This document shows, one piece after another, positions 1-12,101 of a stretch of DNA of 64,000 nt. The notes beneath the pieces were generated by a model that had not been told where the DNA came from, searched no databases, and was given only the letters and a program-made list of their open reading frames with translations. Source of the DNA: Tubulanus polymorphus. Lineage: Eukaryota > Animalia > Nemertea. A program made the translations under genes and the position numbers. The stretch lies in the NCBI RefSeq assembly GCF_964204645.1, contig NC_134036.1, positions 10,333,859 to 10,397,858 on the forward strand, in the 5' to 3' direction. The first letter of the stretch is position 1, and every line of letters starts with the position of its first letter.

Positions 1-717
1 TATTCTTTTACTCACTTTCAGTTTTGCAACCAGACTGTCACGGTTCCTGAACTTCGCTGAAAAAGCTGAAACACTGAAAAGCTGAAACGCTGAAATAAAA
101 ACGCTGAAATTTCAGGGAATTTCCGAAAAACGCCGAAATTTCAGGGAATTCCCGAAAAACGCTGAAATCGTGCTAGGTACCGACAATACACGTTTTGAAA
201 TTCTTTCCGGGCCGGTGTCCGCTGCCGAGTCCTGAACCGTCTTTTAGACTCTACCTTCGGTTACAGAGACATGCCTTGAGGTCGTCGTCATGTTCGACTT
301 GATCGATTGCGTGGATTGTTAGATGTGTTTTTTGTTTTATGCATATACCGGTACGATCTAACAATGAAATTATCACTTCATTTGAATAAATTCTTAATTA
401 CAGTAATATTAATTCTCAATATTTTTTCTTATATTTGGTGATTTCTTCCAACTTATCATTGCCAAGTCTCATACAAAAGTAGTAGCTGAATGAAAGTACA
501 GCTAGTAAGGCTGAACCTGATAACCCAAATTAAGTGCTATCATGGAACTTATGACTACTTTGATTCTATTTTGGTGTGAATAAAGGTTCAACCGTCATAG
601 TATACTGTACTTAGCATTACTACGATTGGGTTCCATATTTCTACAATCTCTTCAAGGAAGGAGTCTTGGAGTGTCTTTCGTTCCCGGGTAGGCATCCTCG
701 CTTGCCAGGAGACCAGT

Positions 718-968
718 ATCGCTCCCAAACTCGCTTCCACCTGCCCCCTGGCCTCACGACGCGCGATTTCATTACCGGCGTTTTAGCGAATGACGTCATA
801 TATCAACACGCGACAATACTTCCGTTTTCGCTACGTGTTCGCTGATTGGTCCATTTACCGGGAAATTCCATAGATGCCAAATGTCGTTTGTAACAAGCGC
901 TGTGATTGGCCCGACCTGATTCTGGTCGGCTAGTAACGACTCGAGGTCAAGCGGTTCGGAGAACAGCT
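718..968. mobile_element. Dispersed ~250-bp MITE-like repeat, copy 1
   Basis: Colinear with 11680-11948 (CAAACTCGCTTCCACC...GAGGTCAAG); imperfect inverted ends. Confidence 0.6.
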
Positions 969-1319
969 TTAGTGTAGTGGGTTCGAATCCCTTGACAGGT
1001 GAAGATGCCGGGTAGGGTACGGGGTAAAACCTGGTTTACTTTCTCTGTCTACTTGCTGGAGACTACTATCTGCAATGTATTGCAAGTTTTTATTTGTCTG
1101 GCTTATGAGAGTCGAACAACGTTTTCCCATACACAGGCTTGGCTTTAGTACTAGATGAAGGCTAGGCACTGCACATTGTGGATTGACTGGAACTCTAAAC
1201 TCACAAAATTAAACGAGTCAACAAGAAAGATCCAATAATTTGACGTTTGTCTAAATATATTATTTAACAGCTTAAAATAATACTTAACACATTCTACAAG
1301 AATACACAAAAGAAATCAG

Positions 1320-2459
1320 TTCTTACATTATATCAGAATCAATAGTTCGCTTAACTCGGGCTTGAATTCTGGTTCCATTGCTTTATATTCTAATGAAATT
1401 CACTAGCATACCTTAGAATATTGCTTAGCTTAAGATAAAAAATTTGGTACCAGGAAAACGGGGAAGTAAAGTGGGTGTACTGTACATCCCCAATTGACTT
1501 ATTTCTCTCTGGTTGAATCAAGTTATTACTGAAATAGCATTCGAATAGCCATTTTGTTTTTAAAAGTTGTGTCGTTCAGCTATCCTGCTGCAAATTTCGC
1601 AGTTCAAGTTAACTAGTGCCATCTGATTTCTCAGTATCTCAAATTTGCACATTCTTAGCCCGAGTCTAAAAATAGAAAAAATGTGCATTTAAAGTAGGAA
1701 ATAAAAGAATAGTGGCTAACACACTCTGGAGATATAGCCTATGGGGTGGGCCTAGTTTAAAAGCACTGAGGTCCGAGGGAACAGCACTTAGTAAATAAAT
1801 ACTGAAATCAAACTTACAAAACACCCAATACTTGAGATGATGTACTTGACAAGAAGTGTGTCCAGCTGAGCAAATCAACTTTATCTATGACTCCTCCTTT
1901 TACCGTAGTAGTCTAAAAATAAGAATCGGTACATTTTTCTAACAGTTGGTATGTCATTTAAAAAAAAAAAACCTATTATTATCACAACACAGCAAATAAA
2001 TTACAGTTGTTGAATGGTTTGCCCGATTTAGATTAATTGGTTGACGCTAATTAGTATGACCTATAAGTAGGGGCCTACTGCATGTCATTGGCGTCAATCC
2101 ATTCCATTCCACGGTGAATTAAAAAGAAATTTAGTTAGATCCCTTTTGTCCAAAAGCTGCATCATTTATATAACTAGCTGTCAAATTTAATTTACCTCCT
2201 TCAGAGAATACCATAGTCCGTCGCCCATCAACGTGTTGACAAAAGAAAAGTTGCTTATAATCCTGTTTTAAACATGAACGATAGAAGTAAACCATATTCT
2301 TGGAATATTGAGCATAGTGTTTAAGTTGGCTTGCTCGGTTTGTGAATGGGTTTTCCTCATCATGCTGCCTGTATGCATTAAAAATCCGGATTTCAAGCGA
2401 ATTAATTTGTTCAACAAGTGGCCCTCTAGAAGTATACTCCACACATACTGCCCATGCAT
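1320..2459 (-). pseudogene. Spliced cargo-gene remnant inside the long-TIR element, product unknown
   Basis: ORF 2442-2131 with a donor at 2195; exon 1912-1818 bounded by TTTTAG and GTAAGT; acceptor before 1665; exon phases do not join cleanly. Confidence 0.35.
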
Positions 2460-2710
2460 GTCTCTGTAACCGAAGGTGGAGACTAAAAGACGGTTCAGGA
2501 CTCGGCAGCGGATACCGGCCCGGAAATTATTTCAAAACGTGTATTGTCGGTACCTAGCACGATTTCAGCGTTTTTCGGGAATTCCCTGAAATTTCGGCGT
2601 TTTTCGGAAATTCCCTGAAATTTCAGCGTTTTTATTTCAGCGATTCAGCGTTTCAGTGTTTCAGCTTTTTCAGCGAAGTTCAGGAACCGAGACTGTCAGT
2701 GCTTGTTAGA

Positions 2711-4483
2711 ATGGGTAGGCTGTCTTTATACGAGCGACAAAGAGCTAGTACTCTTTGGGAACAACCAAATTCAACACTGTCTACAGTTCATAGTGCCCTA
2801 GCTCAGGAAGAAATAGTGATTAGCAAGAAAGGATTGCGGCAATTGATCCAGAAAATTCAAACTACCAATAGTGTTTTGGATCTACCTAAAACAGGTAGAA
2901 AACCAAAATTAGGATTACATCATTTAAGTTTTATTGACCGGTTTATGAGACAGGATCCTGAGCGTACTGCAAGGGAAGTTCAACGTGCACTTCAACTGAA
3001 TTACGACATTCAATTTTTGATTTCTAGCATCAAACGTGTCAGAAGAAATCTCGGATGGCGCTATACAGGAACGAGATATTGCCAATTGGTCAGGCATGTC
3101 AACACTATTGTGAGATATACTTTTGCTGTACAGTGCTTGGCAGTTAATGAGACTGATGAATGTAGTGTTCCTCTAGGACAGAATGTTGGCCAATGTTTTC
3201 GAAAAGTTGGCGAACCCAGGCAACTAATCCCTCGACCAAAGCATCCGCTTAAAGTAAGTGATTTAAGTGGCAAACACATTATTGTATTCAAATAAATTCT
3301 TAGATTTCATACCGAAGTTCAGAGTGTTCGCTCATCTGATTGCAATATTCACAATCGTTTGATAGAGCCAATCGCTGGCGAGCTTTAAATAATGTTTATT
3401 TGACGATCAATACTTGATTTTCTGGATGTCACGTACAACTTCATTGTCTTTAGTCTGTTAGCGGGTTATTGCGTTCAATTTAGCTGATAGGTGGCAAGTG
3501 TGTGCAGAATTGAGTTAAAATAGCATTTTAATCTTTGATTTTTCAGCTTCATGTTTGGGCTGGTATTTCCATGCGAGGATGTACAAATATCTGCATATTT
3601 GAAGGTATAATGGATTCAGACTTCTACCAAAACATACTCGAAACCCATCTCATACCATTCATTCAGAGGGAGTATCCTGAACACCATAGGTTCCAGCAAG
3701 ACAATGATCCTAAGCACACATCCAGGTACGTACATATTTATTCAGTATCATAGGCCTACAAACAATGGGGTACCTGCAAAACCAGCCCCGCCAGATGGTG
3801 TGATAAGCAGAAGGTCGTCACCAATCTATATATTATCACAGCACCCACCAAATAAACAATACTTTCATTCCTCTACTCGGATATCGGTAGGCTATAGTTT
3901 TCATGAATAATTGATTCAGAGAAAAGATCATTTAAATTCAATTGAAATGTAGAAGAAATCAAACGCGGACGACTAATTATCTACTAGCAAACCTGGCGGA
4001 TCATCGCCTGCCCTACAGTAGCACTGTGGGTCCCCCATTTCACCACGTGCCATTCATCTTGTATCTTGTTCTCATTAATACATTGCCTTCATACCACCTC
4101 CCAATGTAGTGTTTGTATGTCTTTCAATAATTCTATTAATTCAAATGTTGCTAGTCACTTTAATAATTCCAGTATCTCCTTGTGTAATAAACTCATTTTT
4201 CTCTTGATTTTGAGCGACCGCTCAGTGGCTCAGAGACAACGACATCCACCATTGGCCGACCCCACCGGAATCTCCAGACCTTAACCCGATTGAGCTAATG
4301 TGGGCAGCACTAAAACAACACGTGAATCGTCATGTTAAACCCACCACGAAAGAACAATTGGTTGCAGGTATATGTCAGTTTTGGAGAACAGTGACCGCAG
4401 AAACCTGTCAAAAATATATTAGACACTTACACAAAGTACTTCCAGTTGTTGTTGCTAATTACGGCAGAGCATCAGGTTATTAA
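2711..4483 (+). pseudogene. Tc1/mariner DD34E transposase, 3 exons (2711-3253, 3547-3725, 4213-4483)
   Basis: HTH region with DLPKTGRKPKL; TDE, KHPLK|LHVWAGIS, FQQDNDPKH, WPTPPESPDLNPIE; 34 residues between the second D and E after splicing; intron 1 is GT-AG; intron-2 acceptor reads TG; the usual hydrophobic strand before TDE appears deleted. Confidence 0.9.
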
Positions 4484-4748
4484 ACATGATGAAGTACTGG
4501 TAAATGTATTTTGTAGGCAGTCGTCCATGTATGTACATAAAGGAGCATCTCAAAATTTTCAATTGTTTTGTCAATTAGAGTTACTGTCTTATTTTGGTAT
4601 ACCCCCCACCGCACCATACGATTATAAACATGCCAAAGAAAACGTTGGAACAATTGGTTTTCTAATGAGAACAAAGACAAAAGTCTGGCGACGACGGGCG
4701 ATTTTTTCGTGCGATTTTAGTGTGATTCGAGAAATAGGATGTTTAATA

Positions 4749-5075
4749 CATGGTTCCCACAGTTATATGAATTCAAAATTCCCAAGTTTTCCCCAAGTAT
4801 TTCATGGGTGACTTTTCAATTTTCCCAAATGCAAATGAACACATATTGTCATGCTACAGTCAACATTTTAGTAGTGACTGGTTGATAAAGGTGATTTTCA
4901 AGGGAAACTGCTGAAGAAAGTTGCCCTTGGCAAATGCAATACGTGAAATGTAATGAATTTCCCAAATATTTCCCTGATATGAGAATTTTTCAAATTCCCA
5001 AATATTTCCAAACCGGGAATTATTATTTCAAAATTCCCAAGTTTTTCCCAATTTCCCTGTTCTGTGGGAACCATG
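4749..5075. mobile_element. MITE with 14-bp TIR CATGGTTCCCACAG and 6-bp TSD TTAATA (hAT-like)
   Basis: Perfect TIRs; TTAATA at 4743-4748 and 5076-5081; internal TTCCCAA motifs. Confidence 0.8.
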
Positions 5076-5312
5076 TTAATATTGTGCGACGGAAAATCGC
5101 ACGTCGCAGTGAAATCGCTCATCAGTCGTGGGAGCTAGCGACACGATGGAAAAATAATTTTAAGCCAATCAGCGACCACCGATACATCACGTGGTACTTC
5201 CAATAAAGGATACGCTATCTATCTTCCAGGTCATTTATGAGATTGTTATGAAGCTAAGATTCATTGACTTTATTTTCATGGAACATAATTACATGTAATT
5301 GAATATTTTCTC

Positions 5313-5465
5313 TTACAAAAATATGCCACACAGCCCATAAAGCCCACGGCTGTGCCTGCTTGATATCCAACTTCGAACCAAGTATTTAGAGCGTTCGACT
5401 GAACACAACAAAATCAAATAAGCTCCCAACAAAGCATTGAAGGAATCATCCTCGATGTCTGCCAT
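5313..5465 (-). pseudogene. Possible N-terminal fragment of a Harbinger-type transposase
   Basis: SKYLVRSWISSRHSRGLYG resembles the WVRxWIxxR..GxY N-terminal motif; CpG-rich TCGC/GCGA motif clusters flank it. Confidence 0.35.
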
Positions 5466-7184
5466 TTTGTTATCAATCGCTCTCATCGCCGCTCGCAAGT
5501 CGCATGCACGTGCACACAGTCCCTGGTTTTACCCATCATTGGATAATGAATCGCACGCGATTGCTAATCGCTGCGACCGGCGATCGATCGTCACTCATCT
5601 GCGCTCCGCTAAGGATAAGTTCTTATGAATGTATTTTGGTAACAACTTTTTATTGAAAATGGAATAGAAAAATTAATTTGAAAAACCTATCAAACTCTAA
5701 TTGATTTTATTAAAACAATTTGATATGAAGTCGCCCATTATGAGAGCGGGTTCGAATCCTATAGTAGTGATCAATCGATGGGAAACCTTCAACCCTACAC
5801 CCCCTTCTGCGAGTTAGCCTCTAATTGAAGCAACCATCGAAATTTTGAGATGCTCTACCTGCTATGCAAACAAGTCAAAATAAATTAACTACCAACATTG
5901 TCATTTAATCATGTTTAGATTAATTTCTTGCTTTTGACTTTCGATGTACATCAGACTCTTCTCAAACTAGGTCCATTTAAGAATAAGTATTCCTTCACCT
6001 ACATCGGCCATATAGTCCAACTCGGATAAGTCGTATTCTAGTTTAATTTACTCAGTTCTATGTCATTTGGATTACTCGCTAACGTAATGATCGTCCCAGC
6101 TATTGACAACTTAAGCGACTTCGACTTTACAGGACCCTCTTGTTTTGAAAAAAAATATTCAAGTTACTCTTTGGTTCAAAAACTATATATTTCATTACAT
6201 TTGTCCTCTAGTCTCTTCTGCAGTTGGAATTAACCCTTTTGTCATCTCTGGCTGTACATGCACAACAGTAACTATGGATCCCAGCTGTTTCTTAAGACTC
6301 AAAGGACCTGAATAAATATGTTACTGACTTGAAATCCATGTACAGTCGACTCAATCCAATGGAAACTTCCTTCAATGCTTCCGACATTTGTGATACAGTA
6401 TAACTCACTTTTTTCTGATGTCTAGGGACTGTCCAGATTTCTCTGAATAATGAACAATAGTTTACATAGTTTCTGATTGATAGTACCAATAATTTCATCC
6501 CGACTAAGTAAAAATCTGGATTTCAATATCAGAATTAAGTGAGTTCTACCGCATTTCAGAATTAAATTCTACAAATCCTTGATAAGGTTACTGAGGTTAT
6601 ATTAAACCTCATCAAATTTTGACAGCCAATAATCGATCAGGATGCCATCTATTGCACGGAATAGGATCAGAACAAATGGACAAATTCATAGAAATACTAT
6701 GGAAATTGTCAATTTACCTGGAGGTAAACATGGGATGAACCTATTTCAGCTGGATTCAACTACCCGCTTTTTGAACATGGGATGTTAGAAATTTTAAAAT
6801 TTTGAGTGGCATTAGTTATAAGAAAATAAGAGTTTTTGGATCTAGACCAAAACTTCTGGCAGGCAATTTGAGAAACAGCTCCTTTCCACATTTCTATTAC
6901 AAACACGCTTTATCTAGATTTTGACCTGATTTGGATACTGATTGTGGTTCACCTATAAGTAAAATATTCAATTCTAAATTTCTCAAAAGAAGACTGATTC
7001 TATGATCCAAATTAACCTGGCTTTGACTATACAATAGTCCTTAAAGGTTGAATCAGTAACTAATTCAGGCAAATCCACTAGTTTAAGAGACACCAGTATC
7101 AAGATTATATTCAACATCAGAAAACCATGTATTTTCAAAATTATAGATCCGTAAAAACAGAACTTTATTTGGAAAAAACAGTTG

Positions 7185-7458
7185 ATATAATGACAAATAA
7201 AAGTTCATTGTTACTTTTATACTTATCCGCCGGATATCTTTAACCAACTTATGAGCAACTGGCCCCTGGATGTATATAAAAACCTATTCATCTATGTTTA
7301 CCCATTCAGGCACACTATCTGAAAATCTTCGCTTCACATTTAAATGCAAAGTTTAACATTTTACCAAATTTCTCAACGCTGACGATTTGTTCGATCGATA
7401 GCTTTTACACACTCTTTCCACACTATCTCCATAGTAGCTGGTGGACATGGGAAGTAAG
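7185..7458. repeat. Local duplication of a MITE end plus the 3' end of the BEN exon
   Basis: ~7195-7283 matches ~7548-7641; 7284-7458 matches ~7731-7906. Confidence 0.85.
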
Positions 7459-7495
7459 TAGAACGATAATAATTAATTTCATAAGGCAATACCTG

Positions 7496-7622
7496 GGGCC
7501 AGTTGTTCAAAAGTTGGTTAAAGCTACCAAGTGGACTGTTGACATGAAGACAAATAAAAGTTTATTGTTACTGTTTTATTTATCTGCCGGTTATCTTTAA
7601 CCAACTTTTGAGCAACTGGCCC
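7496..7622. mobile_element. Harbinger-type MITE
   Basis: GGGCCAGTTGTTCAAAAGTTGGTTAAAG ... CTTTAACCAACTTTTGAGCAACTGGCCC; flanks CTG and CTA (CTG in the duplicate copy). Confidence 0.75.
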
Positions 7623-7800
7623 CTAGATGTATATAAAAACCTCATATGAAAGAGTACTAAAATATCAAAAAGCTTTTTACTAAAATATCAAAAAGCTTTT
7701 TACTAAAACAAGCAGCCCTTGCCTGATAACTCTATTCATCTATGTTTACCCATTCAGGCACACTATCTGAAAATCTTCGCTTCACATTTAAATGGAAAGT

Positions 7801-8763
7801 TTAACATTCTACCAAATTTCTCAAACGCTGACGATTTCTTCGATCGATAGCTTTTACACACTCTTTCCACACTATCTCCATAGTAGCTGGTGGACATGGG
7901 AAGTAACTAAAACATTTTTCTTTGATGTATGCTATTTTTCTATCATCTAATTTTGCCTTACGCTGTAAGCCATTTACATTTCTATTGACGATATTACTGA
8001 CATCTGGAAATAAAATTGTTTTCAGTTTAGCAACAAATGCCGTTCTAGAATGTTTACTTTTGTCGAACATAATCTTCGAAATTTCAGATGAAATATATTC
8101 ATAATTCGAATCTAAACTTTTGATTATTGACGAATGATTGGGCGTATAAGAGATCATCCCGATATTGAAATGATTTTCTTCATTAGGACCAGACCTATCG
8201 ATTGTTGATGATGACTCACTCAGAGATTCTAAGATAACTTCCGAATTATTGCTATCATTTATGTGTAATGGTGCAAATGGTGTGCTCGCGTGACAATAGT
8301 TTGGGGAAGAAAAATTAATACAACTACCGGGATACTGCGTCGGGATACTACTTGTATGAGTAGTTGAAGTTGATGGCTTTGTGGTTATAGATAGGCAAGG
8401 CGGAATATCTAAGAGGGAGTCACCAAAATCGAAATCTGATCCTAAATCGGACTCTACAGATGGTTCATCTGCTGATTGATTTCTTGGATCTGGCAACGAT
8501 ATATTTTTAGAATTAGACACAATATCAAGACATTTTTGCCCAATTTCCAGTAATAAATCCATTTTTGAGTTGGTGACCTTAAGTTGATTTATTATCTGCA
8601 CGTCATTGCTCTTGTTTTGGAAATCCTCAACTTTAGTTTTTACTTGTTTTAGCTCCGTTTCTGAGAGATTAACTTTAAGGGGGCTATCTTGCAGTATCAT
8701 CTTCTTGATATCTTCTTCTGTAACAGATGAAGTATCAGCACTGCCACTTGCCACAATCGACAC
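7801..8763 (-). CDS. BEN-domain protein, terminal exon (coiled coil, S/T/P-rich linker, C-terminal BEN domain)
   Basis: 320-codon open frame; SRTAFVAKLKTILF...NVNG...KLDDRKIAYIK...WKECVKAIDRRNR fits the BEN pattern; TTTTTAG acceptor immediately precedes 8763, so GTG is not a start. Confidence 0.8.
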   Translation of the reverse strand: MSIVASGSADTSSVTEEDIKKMILQDSPLKVNLSETELKQVKTKVEDFQNKSNDVQIINQLKVTNSKMDLLLEIGQKCLDIVSNSKNISLPDPRNQSADEPSVESDLGSDFDFGDSLLDIPPCLSITTKPSTSTTHTSSIPTQYPGSCINFSSPNYCHASTPFAPLHINDSNNSEVILESLSESSSTIDRSGPNEENHFNIGMISYTPNHSSIIKSLDSNYEYISSEISKIMFDKSKHSRTAFVAKLKTILFPDVSNIVNRNVNGLQRKAKLDDRKIAYIKEKCFSYFPCPPATMEIVWKECVKAIDRRNRQRLRNLVEC

Positions 8764-8803
8764 CTAAAAATAACACGGACGCAATGATATAATATAGGTC
8801 ATT

Positions 8804-10044
8804 AATTACGGGTGCAGGGCCACTGTGTCCACTTGGGAAGTTGATTAAAATGATATGCTAAGAATCCAATGTACATGTATATCCATTGCAAATTTAAATA
8901 ACTATGGTTTCAAGGACGCCGAGTCCATGGAAGTGGTTTGAAATGCTAAACAATCAGAAACTTGGTGAATATTTCAATATTCTACGCCCCCTGGTGATTA
9001 TATTAAGAAAGCAATGACCTTCCAACTCACCACAATCATAGAAAATGTCATGAGCTACAATTTAAAAATTCATTATGGTTACAAAATATGTCTGGGTACA
9101 AATATAATAGGAAGATACTAAGTTATTCGCTATTCAACGCCCCCTGGTTACCATATACAAAAACCATCAACCTTGAAACTCAAACACAATCATACAACAT
9201 GCTATGAGCTACAACTTTGCAATTGATTGTAGTTACAAAATATCCATAGGTAACAATATAAATAGGCAAATTGTATAAAATTCAATATTCAACTCCCCTG
9301 GTGGTGAGAACAACAACCTGGATAACCCCAATTCCACGTGCGGAGATGAATACTACAACAGTGATACTATTCATTCAATATCAAGACTATAAACTTGTCG
9401 ATAATTTCCTCCAAAAACCTTTTCGTGAGGACTGATGACACTAAGATGGCTGTCGATTGCGTCACGCTTGACTGATCAAAGAATCTGTTTGACATGTTGA
9501 CATGTTTAAGAGCCCTTCTCCTTAGGTATAACCATCGCGAATTTCAATGAAAAAATGGCAAATCATTCGGAAGATGCAAATCATTCGGAAGATACAGGTC
9601 TTGGAATTCAGGGCAAAAATGACCTTTTTGGGCACAAAAAAGGTCACAGGACGGTCCTCTTGGGTCTGATCGACCCAATTTTTTCCTATACTGATGCATC
9701 ATAGGGGGAAACAAACATATATGAAAGATCAAGATAAATGCTCAAAGCGTTTTCAATATTTCCCTTGAAAACTTCAAAATGTGTAAAAAGTGCTGATTTT
9801 GGCGAACAACAATGGCTGGCAGTCGGCCATCTTCTGATTGGCCTGATTCTGATCGGGCCAGTTTTCGGGCAGAAGATGTATCTAGGGTAGATACCTGTAT
9901 AAACCAAAGATCAAGAAGATCCATTGAAGGGTCTTCAAAACTTCCCAAAATAACTGGATTCCGTCTACGGACGGACGGACGGACGGACGGACGAAAAGTG
10001 AAAGCAATAGCCCGCTGGGACTAAAGTCCCAAGTGGGCTAAAAA
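8804..10044 (-). mobile_element. Helentron/DINE-1-like non-autonomous element
   Basis: Reverse copy of the family at 22351/24854/29546: terminal hairpin, (GTCC)n, core, ~120-bp internal tandem repeats. Confidence 0.8.
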
Positions 10045-10249
10045 GAGGCTTTGTTAAGCAATTGGTAAAATATCCGAATATTTTTTTTAGCTTAAATTTC
10101 TGAAAAACTATATAAATTATGCTAATTAGGTCACGTGATGCACATAATTAGTATAAAAATTGATTCTTATATCACCAAAATGTTTGCCCACTACATTGCT
10201 CTCTGTGGTATAGTACCCCTTTCATAACACTTCTGTATCTGTATACCAG

Positions 10250-10355
10250 GGCTCGGTTTTATAGTGGTATCAACTTTAACCGGGGGGTTAACTCATTGTA
10301 AATGAATTGAGTAAACCCCCGGGTTATAGTTAATACAAGTCTATAAAACTTGCCC
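10250..10355. mobile_element. Palindromic 106-bp MITE with CAG TSD
   Basis: Near-palindrome over its whole length; CAG at 10247-10249 and 10356-10358. Confidence 0.7.
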
Positions 10356-10525
10356 CAGGGGTTTTAGTAAAATTACAAAAAAATTCTATTTCTGCTAAGT
10401 ATGGTCAGTACTGAAAGGATTAAGATTAAGATTAATAATTGTAAGACCGGTGGTATTATAAAGATTTTATGTCCCACCTGTACAGCGCCCCCTAAAGGTC
10501 AAGTGGGGAAAACGGCTCTATAACT

Positions 10526-11379
10526 CAGAGATGCTAGGGCCAAAGTACCAAAATTCCGGAATTTAGAACGAGGGTCAGAAAAATTCTCCCCCAGGAAAAA
10601 TTTTGCGTTTTTGCATCACCGGAGATGCAGTATCACGATCGGCATCTTTCATCTGAAAATACGACGGCAGGCATTCGTTGTGCTTCACATCCCTCGCTGC
10701 CTTCTTATGCCGCGCGCTATCCGGGTGACGAAGAATATCTTTTTTCTCGCCACTACCGTATTTGACCTGGTCTTTACAAACGACGCAGTACGCCACGCCA
10801 GCTAAGTCTAACTTACGAATGTAGTTCGATAAGTAGTCCCCGTTACTGTCCTTACACTCTAGCCAGTGCCAGTTAAATTTATTTTTTATACCGCTGTCAA
10901 TTGCCTTTATATCGGCCGACTCCCGACTGACAATCTTTCCGTGCGTGCTCATTTTGCAGACCGTCCCGCTTGACAGCTGCAGGCAAAAAGAAAGTTACAA
11001 AGCTGCGTGCCTCAGGAAATAGCACGCGCATTGTTATAATTAAGATGATATTTATTAAATATCATCTTAATTATTACCACGTGCATCTTCACATTGTTGG
11101 CCGTCAGCGGGACGATGTACAACGGCGCGTAAAGATAATTGGAAATGGCGTCACAACAGTGGCGCTCCACCTACGCACGCACAGATACCACAGATTTCCT
11201 CGGAAACGGAGACCAAGATAAAATAACACAGAAGCGACGACGAGTACAAGCAAACGAACGCTTTTACGGTCCGTGCCATTACTGGTCGCCGCGAGGAATT
11301 CTCACCAAATTTCCGGAATTGACATCGGCGATCCTAAATTTCCGGAATTCCGGATATTTCCGGAAAACTAGCATCTCTG
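10526..11379 (-). mobile_element. Internally deleted hAT-like transposon, 12-bp TIR CAGAGATGCTAG, 6-bp TSD ATAACT
   Basis: Perfect TIRs; ATAACT at 10520-10525 and 11380-11385; subterminal TTCCGGAA palindromes; contains a transposase N-terminus. Confidence 0.85.
10575..10952 (-). pseudogene. Truncated hAT-type transposase N-terminus with BED-like zinc finger
   Basis: NKFNWHWL...AYCVVCKDQVKYGSG...LRHPDSARHKK (CxxC...HxxxxxH); no catalytic core. Confidence 0.7.
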
Positions 11380-11385
11380 ATAACT

Positions 11386-11545
11386 ACTTAGTGCTTGGCC
11401 TATTTTAGCTTCATACAGTTTGATCAAGATCAGAAAAGAACTGTAGCACTAGTACCAAATTGAAGCAAAAGTTGACGGACGGACGACAACGGATGATCTA
11501 CCAAACCCATCAGCTCCACTGAACTTCAGTTGCAGCAGCGCTAAA
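11386..11545 (-). mobile_element. End of a second Helentron-like family interrupted by the hAT-like element
   Basis: GACGGACGGACG microsatellite followed by a hairpin ending GCTAAAA, same architecture as the main family. Confidence 0.5.
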
Positions 11546-11679
11546 AGTTTTAAGAATGGACAAATGACCTTGAAACTCACAACAACGAGAGAATATGTCA
11601 TGCGCTACAATTTTGCAACTGATTTTTGTTACATAATTGATACAAATATCAATAAATAAATTCTATATAATGTAATACA

Positions 11680-11948
11680 TTCACTCCACAAACTCGCTTC
11701 CACCAGCCCCCTGGCCTCACGACGAATGATTTCATTACTGCCGCTTTTGCGCATGACGTCATATATCGATTTGCAAAATACTTTGTTGTTTGGTTAAATG
11801 TTCGCTGATTGGTCCATTTAACGGGAATTCCAACAGAAGCTTATGTCGTTTGTAAGGCCTACAAGCACTGTGATTGGCCCGAACTGATTCTGGTCTGCTT
11901 GTAACGACTCCAACGACTCCTGAGGTCAAGGAGTTCGGGGAATGGCTA
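11680..11948. mobile_element. Dispersed ~250-bp MITE-like repeat, copy 2
   Basis: Colinear with 718-968. Confidence 0.6.
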
Positions 11949-12101
11949 AACTAAATCAAGCCAATCCATTGAACAAAACTTCGGAAAATAACTGGAATTC
12001 CGTCTGCACAGATGAACGGACGAAAAGTGAATGCAATGCCCCGCTGCGACTTAGGTGGTCTAATCAGCAATAAATTCATTGAGATGAAAAACACGTGCCT
12101 T

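Larger units (their letters stand above)
34..2696. mobile_element. Non-autonomous DNA transposon with ~240-bp TIRs and 3-bp CAG TSD (PIF/Harbinger-like)
   Basis: 34-~274 (ACTGTCACGGTTCCTGAACTTCGCTG...CAGAGACATGC) is the near-perfect reverse complement of ~2456-2696; CAG at 31-33 and 2697-2699; 3-bp CWG TSDs are known for animal Harbingers; no transposase seen inside. Confidence 0.8.

Noticed and set aside
5745-5765. GGGTTCGAATCC B-box (also at ~979) suggesting a tRNA gene
   Set aside because: No A-box or cloverleaf; likely SINE fragments or chance
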